Of a stretch of DNA of 64,000 nt, positions 32,186 through 45,850 are shown piece after piece (the first letter of the stretch is position 1; each line of letters starts with the position of its first letter). The stretch is from assembly GCF_009914755.1 (NCBI RefSeq), contig NC_060929.1; one strand, 5' to 3'. Origin of the DNA: the human T2T-CHM13v2.0 reference genome, Homo sapiens. The position numbers and the translations under genes were made by a program. Below the pieces are notes generated by a model, which was not told where the DNA came from, did not search any database, and saw nothing but the letters and a program-made list of their open reading frames with translations.

Positions 32186-33543
32186 CACTTTCCAGAATAC
32201 TTCCACACATTCAGAGGAATCTCACTAAGTTCTAAGATGAGAAAGCAACCCTTTATCTGTCCTTCCTGTAGTCTCATAACATCTTTCTTTGACATGGAGA
32301 GGCTCCCTCAACCGTCCCCGCTCCCTGCAGCCCCTGGGAGACAAAGATACTCAAAACGCCAATGCTGCTTCTGTGGGAAGTTGGCCTGGAGCCTGGCCCT
32401 CCTCTGGCTGCTGCGTAGACACCATTCCAGTGATGAAGGCTGGCACAGGAGGCCCCTGGGCAGGGTTCAGGCTTCCAGACAGGCCTGGCCACGTGATGAG
32501 TGGTTGCGTGGACAGAAATGTGTTTTGAATCCAACTCTTGTTTGCCGGGTTTATTCTCAGTGCCTGAATGTGCTAGAAGCGAACAGAAGCCAGGATGAGG
32601 GCCTCACCCCAGAAGAGCTTGAGTTGTCAGCGAGAATAAACCTGGGGACAGAAGCTAAAAAATCAGGAAGTGTTGTGAACCGAGATACATGACATCAGAG
32701 AGTGCTCTGAATGCAACTGCCATTTTTATTTTTCAATATTATACTTTTATATCTTTTCTCCTTTTCCCACGTTCTGTTAACGTAAGATGATAGGGAATCA
32801 ATTTTGCATTGATATTAGTCCAGGTTAGGGAGGCGGCAGGGCCCAGCTAAATGCCTGCGTCCTGCTCTGGGCCTCTAGAGAGGTGCTGAGTGGTGAGGGG
32901 GCCTGGGTGGACGCTGGGCTTCTCCTCAGCAGGGAAGCACTGCCAAGCTAGAGAGGCTGGCTGCATTCTATCTCCCTCCAGGGCAGAAATAGACCTGGGG
33001 GAGGATGCATGCTGTATGAGCCAGATTTGGCCACATATATTAGGAAGACATTTCTAATCACAAATGTCTTAATGAAAGAACAAAATGCCTCATGGAGCAA
33101 GGATGCACCTTTGCAGTTTAAGTGGAGATTGGAAGCTGTTCTAGGGGTGTTGGTCCTTCCAAGCCTTGACTCTATAATCTCAATAATAATTAAAGAGCAA
33201 GTAATATCTACTGAGTGCAAACCATGTGTCACTTTACATATATTAATTTACTTAATCCTTACAACAGCCCTGGAGCTAGGCATTATTATTATTGGCCCAT
33301 TTTACAGATGAAGGGCCTGAGGCGTACAGAGGTTGCCGTGAAGTTTTTGTTCTTTTTTCCATCAAAGTGGTCTGCAGAGCGAAAGCCATTCTATTACAGG
33401 GGTTGAAAGCCTGAGCTCCAGTGAACTTGGACTCTAGAATTTGTCACATTCCCAGCTAAGTAAGCTTGGGAAGTTCCTTCCTGTCTCTGAGCCTCAGTGT
33501 TCTCATCTCTGTAATAGGCACAATAACAGCGCCTTCCTATTAG

Positions 33544-33730
<187 letters not shown>

Positions 33731-34312
33731 AAAAAAAAATCTTTCCTTTTGGCATATTCGCAAACACAGTCTTCATGATGGCCTGTTCTCAGGAGTTCTT
33801 GGGAACTGTGGATTGAATCGAGCTGCGTGACCCTGGAACTTTTACACGTGGGCAGGGACTCAGTCTGTGCCAGTGGGCTGTGTAGGGTCACCTGTTGATG
33901 CTGAGAGGCAGGAAAGCGAGAAAGGAGGAATAGGTGGAACAAAAAGAGCCAGAACCCGTGAGCATCTTCCTGAGACCTTCCCTTGCCCTCCTGCTAACTG
34001 AACGCTTTGCTTTCACCCTGGCAACAAAAATGCCCAGGTCTGCTGGCATCACACATGTCAGATATCACACTGTCACCATTATGATGCAGATGAGGGTCTC
34101 CAGTGAAGGCTTTTGTTTTCTGCCTGGTGTTTAAGGCCAAGCCCAGGTCCTGCCCTTCTAGGCAGTTCTGGCTGTGTATGTGCGGGAAGAGCATATGCAT
34201 TAGTAAGGGACACACTGGGGTCCAAATCCTGGCGTGGCCACTAACAAGCGATGCAGCGTCAGGCCAGTGACCATTTGTGACCTCTAGTTTTCATCTATGA
34301 AAGGTAGAAAGC

Positions 34313-34663
<351 letters not shown>

Positions 34664-35016
34664 TCATAGGTAGATAAACCAAGTTGTTCAAATAAGCGGT
34701 TATTATTACGCGATAGTGTCTCCTGCCATTTTCTTCCATTCTCTTCCCTTCCTGGTGAAATTCTGCTTTTCTATAGGAAACAGAGCTAACTTAAGAGATG
34801 CATACATTCTTCTTTTCTAATGTGTTTTTAAAGAGTCCACATTTTCTGAGGAGCTTTCTGGAGACCATCTGTATCTTCATTCACAGGAGTGCCTCTACTC
34901 TGGACATCCAGGGACTTCGGAGAGCTGGAAGCATAAGGACTGTGCAATGACAGAATCTGTGTTTTCTACCACACCCTGCCTGTGAATAGTCCTAATATTT
35001 AAAAAGTGAGTAAACG

Positions 35017-35385
<369 letters not shown>

Positions 35386-35599
35386 TCAATTTTATTTGTT
35401 TTCCTTTTGTTTCTCCTACAAGTACATAGAATTTTTAGATATCTGGAATCAAAATATTGAATATGTTTTTGTGTTCTTCCTTCCATTTGTAGAATTTTCC
35501 CAAGTTACTGCGTAATCTTCATTATAATTGTAAATATGCATTCAAGTGGATGCATCAGTTTATTTAGCCATCACTGTTATTTATGTTGCTTATAATCTT

Positions 35600-35864
35600 T
35601 TTTTTTTTTTTTTTAATTATACTCTTAAGTTTTAGGGTACATGTGCACATTGTAAAGGTTAGTTACATATGTATACATGTGCCATGCTGGTGCGCTGCAC
35701 CCACTAAGGTGTCATCTAGCATTAGGTATATCTCCCAATGCTATCCCTCCCCCCTCCCCCGACCCCACCACAGTCCCCAGAGTGTGATATTCCCCTTCCT
35801 GTGTCCAAGTGATCTCATTGTTCAATTCCCACCTATGAGTGAGAATATGCGGTGTTTGGTTTTT
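35600..35864 (-). mobile_element. 5'-truncated L1HS-type 3' end (~250 nt plus tail)
   Basis: Matches L1HS 3' UTR (ggtgcgctgcacccactaa, cccccgaccccaccacagtccccagagtgtgatattcc); G present at the 6015 diagnostic position; TSD-like gttgcttataatctt (35585-35599) / gctgcttgtaatctt (35911-35925). Confidence 0.9.
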
Positions 35865-35959
35865 GCATCTTTGCAGACTTAACTATGAATAATTTTTAAG
35901 ATTACAAGCCGCTGCTTGTAATCTTAAAAATTATTCATAGTTAAGTCTGCAAAGATGCA
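35864..35959. repeat. Perfect 46-bp inverted repeat, 4-nt loop
   Basis: 35864-35909 is the exact reverse complement of 35914-35959. Confidence 0.97.
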
Positions 35960-36314
35960 CATAGTTCCCCCATGCACCTGATTTATTTTGTCTCCCATTG
36001 AGACCCATTTATATTTTCAGCCAGTGTCACTTTGAGGGTTAGTAAATTTCCTACCTTTGCTGTCAGCTGTGTGAAGTGGCATGCCTTTGCTTTATCTCTA
36101 GAATTGTTCTTTAAGTGTCGCGAGTAGTTTGGTTCTGTTAGTCTAGGCTGGGAGAAGAGAGGAGAGGGGAGCGCCCCTGGGTAGGTTGAAATCCAAAGCT
36201 CAATGTTGCCTTCAAGTGAGAACATGTAGGAACTGCAGGGTCGGGAGATGGGTCTCTGCCTTGGATGGGGCACTTGAGTTTGGGTGTAGGATTGAGATCT
36301 TTAGGAGACACTAA

Positions 36315-36860
<546 letters not shown>

Positions 36861-37509
36861 TAACTACTGTTTTACAAATGAGAAAACTGAGACTCGCGAG
36901 GTCAAGTTATTTGCCCAAAGTCACCCAGCTGTCAGATGCAGGAACCAGGTCCAAATAAAGTCTGTTGGGTTCTAAGTCCTGACCATTTTGCTATAGCAGG
37001 CTGATCTCCCGATGAAACTGTCAAGGACGATGCAGATCCCAGCCCAGGTTGAATTGGCAAATCTTCAAGTCAAGTCTGTGGCTTCGGTGACTCCATGGCC
37101 CTGCTATTCTCACCGGAGCTCTGCCTCTCGGGCCCCACTGGAAGCCCTCTATGTCAGCGGGCCAGGGCGCTTTACAAGCACGCAGTACCTCATGGACCCA
37201 TCCTGGTTCCTCAAGGCAGCCCTGGACAGTTAAATGGCCTGGGCCCCCTGTGGCTCTGGGCGTCCTGGACCTGAGGCTCTAAGGCCGAACCTGCTCCCTG
37301 CCCTAGAGAGGGAGGGTCACCAAGCAGTCAAGTGCTGCCAGCCAGCCCTCCTGCCCCCAGGGCTAAGGAGGCAGGGCCAGCAGCAACCCCTAAACTGTCT
37401 CCCTCCTCCTTTAAAAACATTAGGTTAAAAAACCAAGAACGTGTAAGAAAGGAAAAGCAAACAAAAAATCTTCCCAATCCCAATTTCCAGATAATTCCTA
37501 TTAAGACTA

Positions 37510-37555
37510 GAGGGAGAGAGGGAGATAAGAGAGGGAGAGAGGGGAAGGGGGGGGG

Positions 37556-37597
<42 letters not shown>
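37510..37597. repeat. GA-rich/(GA)n microsatellite
   Basis: G run and (GA)n. Confidence 0.9.
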
Positions 37598-37600
<3 letters not shown>

Positions 37601-37759
37601 CATTCCCACGGCAAAACAGTCATTCAAACAGCACAGAAAGGCAGAAAATAAAAAGTAAACTGCTGGGTTTCCTTCAAGAATTTTCTTGTGCGTGGGCCAA
37701 TAGACAAGTAATGCATCTAGTTACTTGCACACATTTAGAATCCACAAAGGGGTGGCACT

Positions 37760-38260
37760 CCAGGCGCGTCCAGCACGTTGCTTTTCTCATTTGCTGCTGC
37801 TCCGGGATCTTTGGCAGCAGCAAAACCCCATTCTTTTAAGGGCTGCGCAGAGTTGTGCCGCCCATGCCCGGCTGGTTTGAAGGTGCCCCATGGGCGGGCG
37901 CGGACGTGTGGTTGCTCCAGTGTTTCCTAGAGCACTCTCAGCCACGCCCCCGCCACCCCAGCGGCGCTGCAGGAACCAGCCCGCCGCCAGCGCGAAGGTG
38001 AGACCGGGCGCCACGTGCTTACCCGGCGGCCTCCGGAACCAGCCCTGCCCGCCGGCTGTGCGCGGATGCCTGCAGACGCCGAGCTGCTGCCCCCGTGTGG
38101 CCTGGTGCGGGGGCTCCTCCTGCTCACTGGGGGCGCGTCCCGGTAAACCAGAACCTCAGCCCATCAACTCACTCGTGGGGTTACTGAGGAGGAGAATCTT
38201 TGGTTCTCACCGTCATGGCTCACCCAGTGGCTGAATCCCGCTCGCACGTGCCGCATCCAG
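37760..38260. promoter_or_regulatory. CpG island (orphan promoter or enhancer candidate)
   Basis: Dense CpG in non-repeat DNA; GC boxes (gggcggg, ccacgcccc); E-boxes CACGTG at 38012 and ~38245; CCAAT at ~37697; donor AAG|GTGAGA at 37998. Confidence 0.75.
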
Positions 38261-38439
38261 GCAGCTGTGGAAACTGGTTGAAACCAGGATGGTCAGCTGC
38301 TACCCTGTGTTTGGGGGACTATGTGACAGTGCCTGCTGTGTCCCTATTCTGGTGCTAAAAAGCAGGAGCTCTCTTATGCTCACATGGAAAGGCCTGTTGG
38401 AGTCAGATAAACTTGGCTCCACCACTTATATGCTGAGTC

Positions 38440-39295
38440 TGTTCATCCATCCATCCACCATCCATCTATTCGTTCACCCTCCCATCCATCCATTCATCCG
38501 TCCGTCCACCCTGTCATCCAACCACCTGTCCATCTATTCATCCACCACCCTTGCATATTTTCATCCACCCTCCTATCAATCCATCTATCCATCCATTCAT
38601 TCATCAGTCCACCCATCCATGCATCCATCCATCCATCCACCCATCCCTTCATCCATCCAACCATCCACCCATTCATCTACGCATCCATCCACTCACCCAC
38701 CCATCATTCAACTATCCACCCAACCATCCATCCATTCATCAGTCCATCCATCCATCCATCCATCCCCTCATCCATCCAATCATCCACCCTTTCATCTATC
38801 CATCCATCCACTCACCCACCCATCATTCAACTATCCACCCAACCATCCATCCATTCATCAGTCCATCCATCCATCCATCCATCCATCCCCTCATCCATCC
38901 AATCATCCACCCTTTCATCTATCCATCCATCCACTCACCCACCCATCATTCAACTATCCACCCAACCATCCATTCATTCATCAGTCCATCCATCCATCCA
39001 TCCACCCATCCCTTCATCCATCCAACCATCCACCCATTCATCTACGCATCCATCCACTCACCCACCCATCATTCAACTATCCACCCAACCATCCATCCAT
39101 TCATCAGTCCACCCAACCATCCATCCATTCATCAGTCCATCCATCCATCCATCCATCCATCCCCTCATCCATCCAGTCATCCACCCTTTCATCTATCCAT
39201 CCATCCACTCACCCACCCATCATTCAACTATCCATCCAACCATCCATTCATTCATCTGTCCATCCATCCATCCTTTCAGTCATTCAAAATTATTT
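38440..39295. repeat. (CCAT)n-derived minisatellite with ~120-bp higher-order units
   Basis: catcattcaactatcc at 38702, 38821, 38944, 39067, 39218. Confidence 0.9.
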
Positions 39296-39304
39296 GTTGA
39301 GTGT

Positions 39305-39666
39305 TGATATGGTTTGGCTGTGTCCCCACCCAAATCTCATCTTGAATTGTGTAGCTTCTGTAATTCCCACGTGTTGCAGGAGGGACCTGGTGGGAGATAA
39401 CTGAATCATGGGGGTGGTTCCCCCATACTGTTCTCATGGTAGTGAATAAGTCTCACGAGATCTGATGATTTTATAAGCGGTTTCCCCTTTCACTTGGCTC
39501 TCATTCTCTCTTGTCTGCTGCCATATAAGATGTGACTTTTGCCTTCTGCCATGATCGTGAGGCCTCCCCAGCCAAGTGGAACTGTAAGTCCATTACACCT
39601 CTTTTTCTTTATAAATTATTTGGTCTTGGGTATGTCTTTATTAAAGTGTGAAAACAGACTAATACA
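39305..39666 (+). mobile_element. THE1B/C solo LTR
   Basis: tgatatggtttggctgtgtccccacccaaatctc ... acagactaataca; 5-bp TSD agtgt (39300-39304, 39667-39671). Confidence 0.95.
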
Positions 39667-39699
39667 AGTGTCAACTTGTGCACCTTGAGTGCTGAGCTC

Positions 39700-39855
39700 T
39701 ATGACTTTGGATAAGTTACTTTACCTCTTTGAGCCTCAGTTTCCACATCTGCAAATTGAACATAATGACACCTAAATTTTGCAAAGTTGTTGGGAAGACT
39801 TAACAAAATAATGTAGGTGAAATACATGGTACATAGTAGATGCTCTGTAAATGGC
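39700..39855 (+). mobile_element. MIR
   Basis: aagttactttacctctttgagcctcagtttccacatctgcaaa. Confidence 0.75.
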
Positions 39856-40087
39856 ATTTACAAGTTCTGAAATTTAGAAGACACCTAATCTTGTAGAAGC
39901 TTATGTATTAGTTAGGGAGGCCTGACGTAGGTACATAAAGCAATTGGAGAGTTTTAACGAGTATAAAATATTGCAAGACTGTTGTGCATGCATGTGTGTG
40001 CTTGCATACATGTGTGTACCAACTGCAGGCCTGTGGGCTGAAGCAGTGCAAAGTGAGGGGCTAGAGTGGACTTCTTCAAGAGGTGAA

Positions 40088-40228
<141 letters not shown>

Positions 40229-40829
40229 TAGTTAGTCTTTAAGAACCAGGAGTGCTAGAGAGAAGTGGAAAGGGTGTATTCGGACAGGGACTGCTCAAGC
40301 AAAAATATTTTCCTACACAATAGTGCTTGCATGTTCAGCCTATCAGCCATGGCATTAGCCCAAAACAAAACCAAACCAAACAAAACAAAAACTCACTAAT
40401 GGTGGGCCCTGTCAAGACAAACTATTCCCTGAGGAAGGGAAGCAGCCAGCCTATTCTGAGATTAAAAAATCAACGAGAGGCACTTTAGCCACAGATTGCT
40501 AAATTCACTTAGCTCAGGAGTCCACTGTGAACCTAGACAGAATTTGCTAGATTGCTTGCAGGGGCGGGTTCAAAGATTCTGGTCCAGCCAACAATTATTA
40601 AATACTTGCTACTTGCCAATGATTATTAAAGATTGTGCTGGATTCCTCACATACCTATAAGGTGGAATTATTACACTCATTCTCAGAGGAAGAGACTGAG
40701 GGTCAGAGAGGATAAATGACCTGCCCAGGGCCACACAGACTGTAGATGTAGTCAGGGTTCCAACCGAGGTTTCCTCCTGATTCACCGGTTTTCTCCTATA
40801 CCTCCTCTACCTTCTCTCTTATTCTGTCC

Positions 40830-40860
40830 TTAGCTTCAGGTAAGAACTACCTGAAGCTAA
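40830..40860. other. Perfect 13-bp hairpin covering a TAG-cttcag-GTAAGA splice-signal module
   Basis: ttagcttcaggta-agaac-tacctgaagctaa, preceded by a 63-nt AG-free pyrimidine-rich tract. Confidence 0.6.
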
Positions 40861-41594
40861 TAATTGGGTCTTCCATGTTGTTGGCCCGAGCATCTGGGAA
40901 CTCTCTCTTCCCTGTCAGGGAGGACATAAGTGGCCCTCTTCATCCAGAATGCTTGGAGGGAACTCAGGAAAACCCCAGGGGATCTCTCTCTCTTTAAACG
41001 GTAACCCTGACCACAAGCACTGACTTTTCAGTCTCAGAGTTTATTAAGAAAGCTATGCAGTACCCTACTGTGATCAGCCACAATATTTTGGTTACAACGA
41101 TTTTTAAAATTAGTTTGTGATGCTTACCTTAGGCTTCTTTACTTTCCTTAGTAAATAAATGTTTTACAACTTAAAATAACTTGTATAAATCAAAGAAAAT
41201 GAAAGGACTCATAAACTTCTACCATCCCAATATAGCACTTTTCTCTCTTAACAAGTCCTGGACAGAGGACTAGACAGTGATGACGCATCTGGGGCGCAGC
41301 CTGTACACCTGCGCTGGGGATCTCTCCCTCGGAGAGGATGGGGAGCGTGGGGGTGGGGCTACCAGGGCAGTAGGGAGGCGGGCTTGGTGCAGGTGGTTTC
41401 ACGGGCAGGGGTTGAGAAGGAGGGAAGGGGCTGGGCAAAGCATAAAGGAGGTGGAGGGATGGTGAGTTCAGAGGGCAGGATTGGCCACCAAAATGAGTGA
41501 ATAGTGCACTGAGGAAGTAGATTTCAGGTAAGGAGATGAGTTTAACAAATTCTGGATGAGGGCACCTGGAAGGCAACTTTGAGCATCTAGTTGA

Positions 41595-41937
<343 letters not shown>

Positions 41938-43076
41938 TGGGAATGGGTTTTCTTAAGGTCCTGGACCAAAAGGAAGATGTTAGGAGGCTCGCAGGGGATG
42001 AGGTCATGAGGTCTCCTCACACCTTGCTCAGGAAGCATTAATTGGTCTAGCCCCTCTGAGGGCAATTTGATAATATCAGTTCACACAAAACGCTCACTTC
42101 TCTGACTCAGTGTTTCCACCTCTAAGAATGAACATCCCCCAAAGTGCCCAAAGTTACAGGCACAGGGGTGCTCTCAGGGGCTCTGCCTGTGTTAGAAAAA
42201 AAAAAAATCGGAAGTAACGTCCACCTACAGGGGACTGGTTTAAAAACCAGTGAAACTCTGTGCCACCATTGAAACGAACACAGTCGCATATGTCAATTGC
42301 GTGGAGAAATGAGCAAGTCAAAAGGAGATGCAATGTGCACCTGACTCCAGTTTCATAAAAACATACTGCAAGTAATTCCTGTCTTTGTGCATGGAAATAA
42401 TTACTTAGTTGATTGTGCATCAAATTATTTATGGGTACATAGGGGTTGTTCATTTTTAAATATTTTTAATATTTCTCTGATTTTAAAAGTTTGTGTCATG
42501 TACGGGCGTAAGTGGCTGGCCTGCGATGTCTACTGGTCAAAGCGGGCAGTCTCCCTCTTGGGAGGAAGCGTGGTGGCGAGGTCACCAGGGATGCGGGGTG
42601 CACAGGCTCCAGGCTGTGTGGGTGCAAAGGCGGGAGGTGGGGGAAGTAGCTGTGAGGTAGACCCTGGCTGCGTGGGGTGGGGTTGGGGCCACTTCCTTTC
42701 TACCTCTCCTGGCAGACCACAGGCTGAGGCTACCTGGGCGAGGTGGCCCCAACACATCTGCAAGGAGCTCTATAGCCCACCAAACTGTTCCTCCTGCGTC
42801 CTTTTCATCCAGGCCCCGAGCAATCCTGTGACACAGAAATTATTGTCATCTCTACTTTACAAATGAGAGAATGAGGGCCCAGACCAGGTGAGTGACTTGT
42901 CCAAAGTCACACAGCTCTTGTAGAGCCCAACTTTGAGCCCAGGTCCTTGGCTCATCCTCTGTCTCACTCTCTCTGCTTGGAAAGATGCCTGGAGAGTAAG
43001 GAGCTGAACTTTGACTCTGATGGGAACCCAGTGAGGCCAGAGGTCAGGCCAGTGATCCAGGAGCATCCTTCCATAT

Positions 43077-43420
43077 CAGAGTTGCAAAGTGGCGGCCCAC
43101 ACAAGGTGCTTTGTTTGATCTGCTTGGTGTTTTTAAGAGCTTTGAGTGAGTTGGCAACATTTATTTTATTTTATTAAAAAAAATAGGAGGTCTCACTATG
43201 TTGCCCAGACTGGTCTCGAACTTCTGGGCTTAAGCAATCCTCCTGCCTCTGCCTCCCAAAGTGTTAAGATTACAGGTGTGAGCCACCTCACCCGGCCACC
43301 AACATTTAAAAATCAGATTTCATGCTAAATCCAGATGTCCAGCTTTTCTTAAAAATATTGGAGTCCTCATTCCTGTTAAGGCAACCAGCCGGCTACAGCA
43401 GCTGCTTCCTTTAGTCTGAG
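43077..43420. mobile_element. MER102-like hAT element split by a FLAM (43163-43296, minus)
   Basis: cagagttgcaaagtggcggccc..caacatttaaaaatcagattt..ccagatgtccagcttttctt; caacattt flanks the FLAM. Confidence 0.65.
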
Positions 43421-43789
43421 TGTGCTGTGTCCAGGGCACCGCAGTCCCCACCACGCCCTCTTGTTTCCCACCCCTGATCTGCGTCACCATCAAGCGAAGT
43501 AAGAGCTGTAGAGATGATAGGTAGGAGCATGGATTGTGGAGCCAGAAGGCCTGGATTTGAATTTTACCAACTGGCTGTGTGACCTTGGACAAGTTAGTTC
43601 ACTGCCTTGGTTTACAAACCTGTGAAATGGGGACATTCATTTAATTTCGACTAATTAAACCAGTTTTTAACATTGAAAAATCAGGAGATCTCATAGAATG
43701 CCTTGAAAAATCAGAAAACCTGGTAATACAGGTCTCAGGGCTGATAGCACATATCTCATAGGGTTGTTTTAAGAGTCTTAAATGAATTT

Positions 43790-44245
43790 TCCTCCCTCCC
43801 CCCTTCCCTCCCTTCCTCCTTCCCTCTCTCCCTCCCTCCCACCCTCCCTATCTTACTTTCTCCTTCCCTTCCTTCCTTCCTTCCTTCCTTCCTTCCTTCC
43901 TTCCTTCCTTCCTTCCTTCCTTCCTTCCTTTCATCCCTTCCTTCCTTGACAGGTCTTGCTCTGTCACCAACGCTGGGGTGCAGTGGTTGGATCACTGTAG
44001 CTTCAACTTCCCCAGGCTCACTGTAGCCTCAACTGCCCAGGCTCAAACAATCCTCCTGCCTCAGTCTCCCAACTAGCTGGGACCACAGATGTTCACCACC
44101 ACTCCTGGCTAATCTTAAAATTATTTGTAGAGACAGGGTCTTGCCATATTTCCCAGGCTGGTCTTGAACTCCTGGGCTCAAGTGATCCTCCTGCTTCGGC
44201 CTCCCAAACTGCTGGGACTATAGGTGTGAGCCACCACACCCAGCC
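43790..44245 (-). mobile_element. AluJ with (CCTT)n-expanded tail (43790-43946) and ~26-bp internal duplication
   Basis: cactgtagc..caact..ccaggct twice at ~43993-44043. Confidence 0.85.
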
Positions 44246-44559
44246 TTATTATCATTGTTTTCTAGTTGTGGGTGTTTTCATTTTTGGACTGTTGCTCTCC
44301 CTTTACAGTGACAGATTTCTTTTTCTTCTAGAACTACGAATCTTTGTTTCCCTGTGATCAGACAGATAGAGTTTGCAGGGAGGGTTAGGTATGAACCCGT
44401 TGGAGATGTTGGATGAAGCAAGGCAAGTGGAGACGATTCCTCTGAGAACCTGGGCTGCTTTCTACCATGGCCACACTTTTGGGGGCTGCCACCCCTGGCT
44501 GGGAACCTGCCCTGACCTAGGGAGCCACTGAGCAGGGTGTCACTCAGCGTCCCCAACAC

Positions 44560-45060
44560 CCTGGCCTGTCAGGCTGAGTCCAGTTCCTCCTGCTCAGCAC
44601 CAGACACCTCCAGACCCTGGAGTCGGGAGGCAACTTAAACAAAGGCGTTTATCTCACCCGGGCTCTCCTGCTGCTCTGCTGGACTGCTCAGCCAGGCTCT
44701 GGACAGCATAAAAAGTCAGGCTCGGATGACAGAGGCAGAATTTAGAGCCCTTTTGGATGGCAGCTGGGATCTGAGCTGTCAACCGGAGGCGAGTCAACAC
44801 ACTCAGGCTCGCTGCAGCTCTGCACAGAGAGGGCAGGGCAGTGATGCTGTGCAGAACTCCCGTCTAGTCCGGCTTTTTTCTATTTATAATTTCCCTTGAT
44901 AATAGAGCCCATTCATTGCCTCCGCAGGCCCCTAATTGCTCTGGAGCAGAGGGATGACAGCCTAATTATTAACTTCACAAAAATTGAAGTTGGGCTGTGT
45001 CAACAAAGTCCACTCACTGTCACCCAGATGCGACTCTTTGCCCTTCATGGTGGCAAAGGG
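44560..45060. promoter_or_regulatory. Candidate developmental enhancer (TALE, homeodomain and SOX motif cluster)
   Basis: TGACAG on either strand at 44566, 44727, 44776, 44955, 45017; CTAATTG, CTAATTA, AACAAAG in apparently unique DNA. Confidence 0.45.
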
Positions 45061-45379
45061 CAGTTAGGAAAAAAAAAGAAAGAAAGAAAGAAAAAGGCTG
45101 GCGTGGTTCCAGCTTAAGCAGGCTTTTATTTTCTGGCCTAAAATTATTTTGGGGGAGGCTCTACTTAGAGGAAAGAGAATGCCTGTTTCCTCTTTGTTGT
45201 AAGCTGTGGTCAGCTGGTCACCATGCCCCCGACTGGAGGTGACGTTTTTGATCTTTGGAAATATGACCTGAGAAAATGTTAAAAGGGACCTTAGCGACTG
45301 TGTGGCTGTGATTAAAAACGGGGCCCAATTCAGCCTGCAGATATGTTTTATTTGGCTAGCAGAATATTTAGCAAACTTT

Positions 45380-45850
45380 TTTGTTTTTTAAATTGAGGGA
45401 AAACTCACATTACATAAAATTAACCACTTTAAAGGGTACAATTCAGTGACATTTAACACATTTCACAATGTTTTATGACTATCACCACTACCTAGTCTCA
45501 AAACATTTTTATCACCCCAGAAAAAACCTCTGTCCCCCTTAAGCACTTACTCCCCGTGTCCTTTCCTCCCAGACCCTGGCCACTGCCAATCTGCTTTTTG
45601 CCCTTTCTGGATAGTCCATCTAAATGGAATCATGCAAACTGTGGCCTTTTGTGATTGGCTTCTTTCACTTCCCATAAGGTTTGCAAGATTCTCCTGTATC
45701 ATAGCATCCTTTCTCAAAGGCTGAAAAATGATAAAAAGCTTTTGAATTCATTTCTGTCAGCCTTATTGAAATATAATTTGCCGCCCACACAATTCACCTA
45801 TTGAAATGTACAAGTCAAGGGTGCAATTCAGAGTTGTGCAACCATCACAA
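45380..45850 (-). mobile_element. L1MB 3' fragments inside a MER102-like element (~45310-46060)
   Basis: cataaaattaaccactttaaagggtacaattcagtg..atggaatcat; MER102 motifs on both flanks. Confidence 0.7.

Noticed and set aside
38580-39280. CRISPR-like array of regularly spaced repeats
   Set aside because: The inter-repeat sequence is itself repeated, there are no unique spacers or cas genes, and the DNA is human
38289-39404. 371-aa and 249-aa His/Pro/Ser/Ile-rich ORFs
   Set aside because: Translation of the (CCAT)n minisatellite, which lacks stop codons, running into a THE1 LTR
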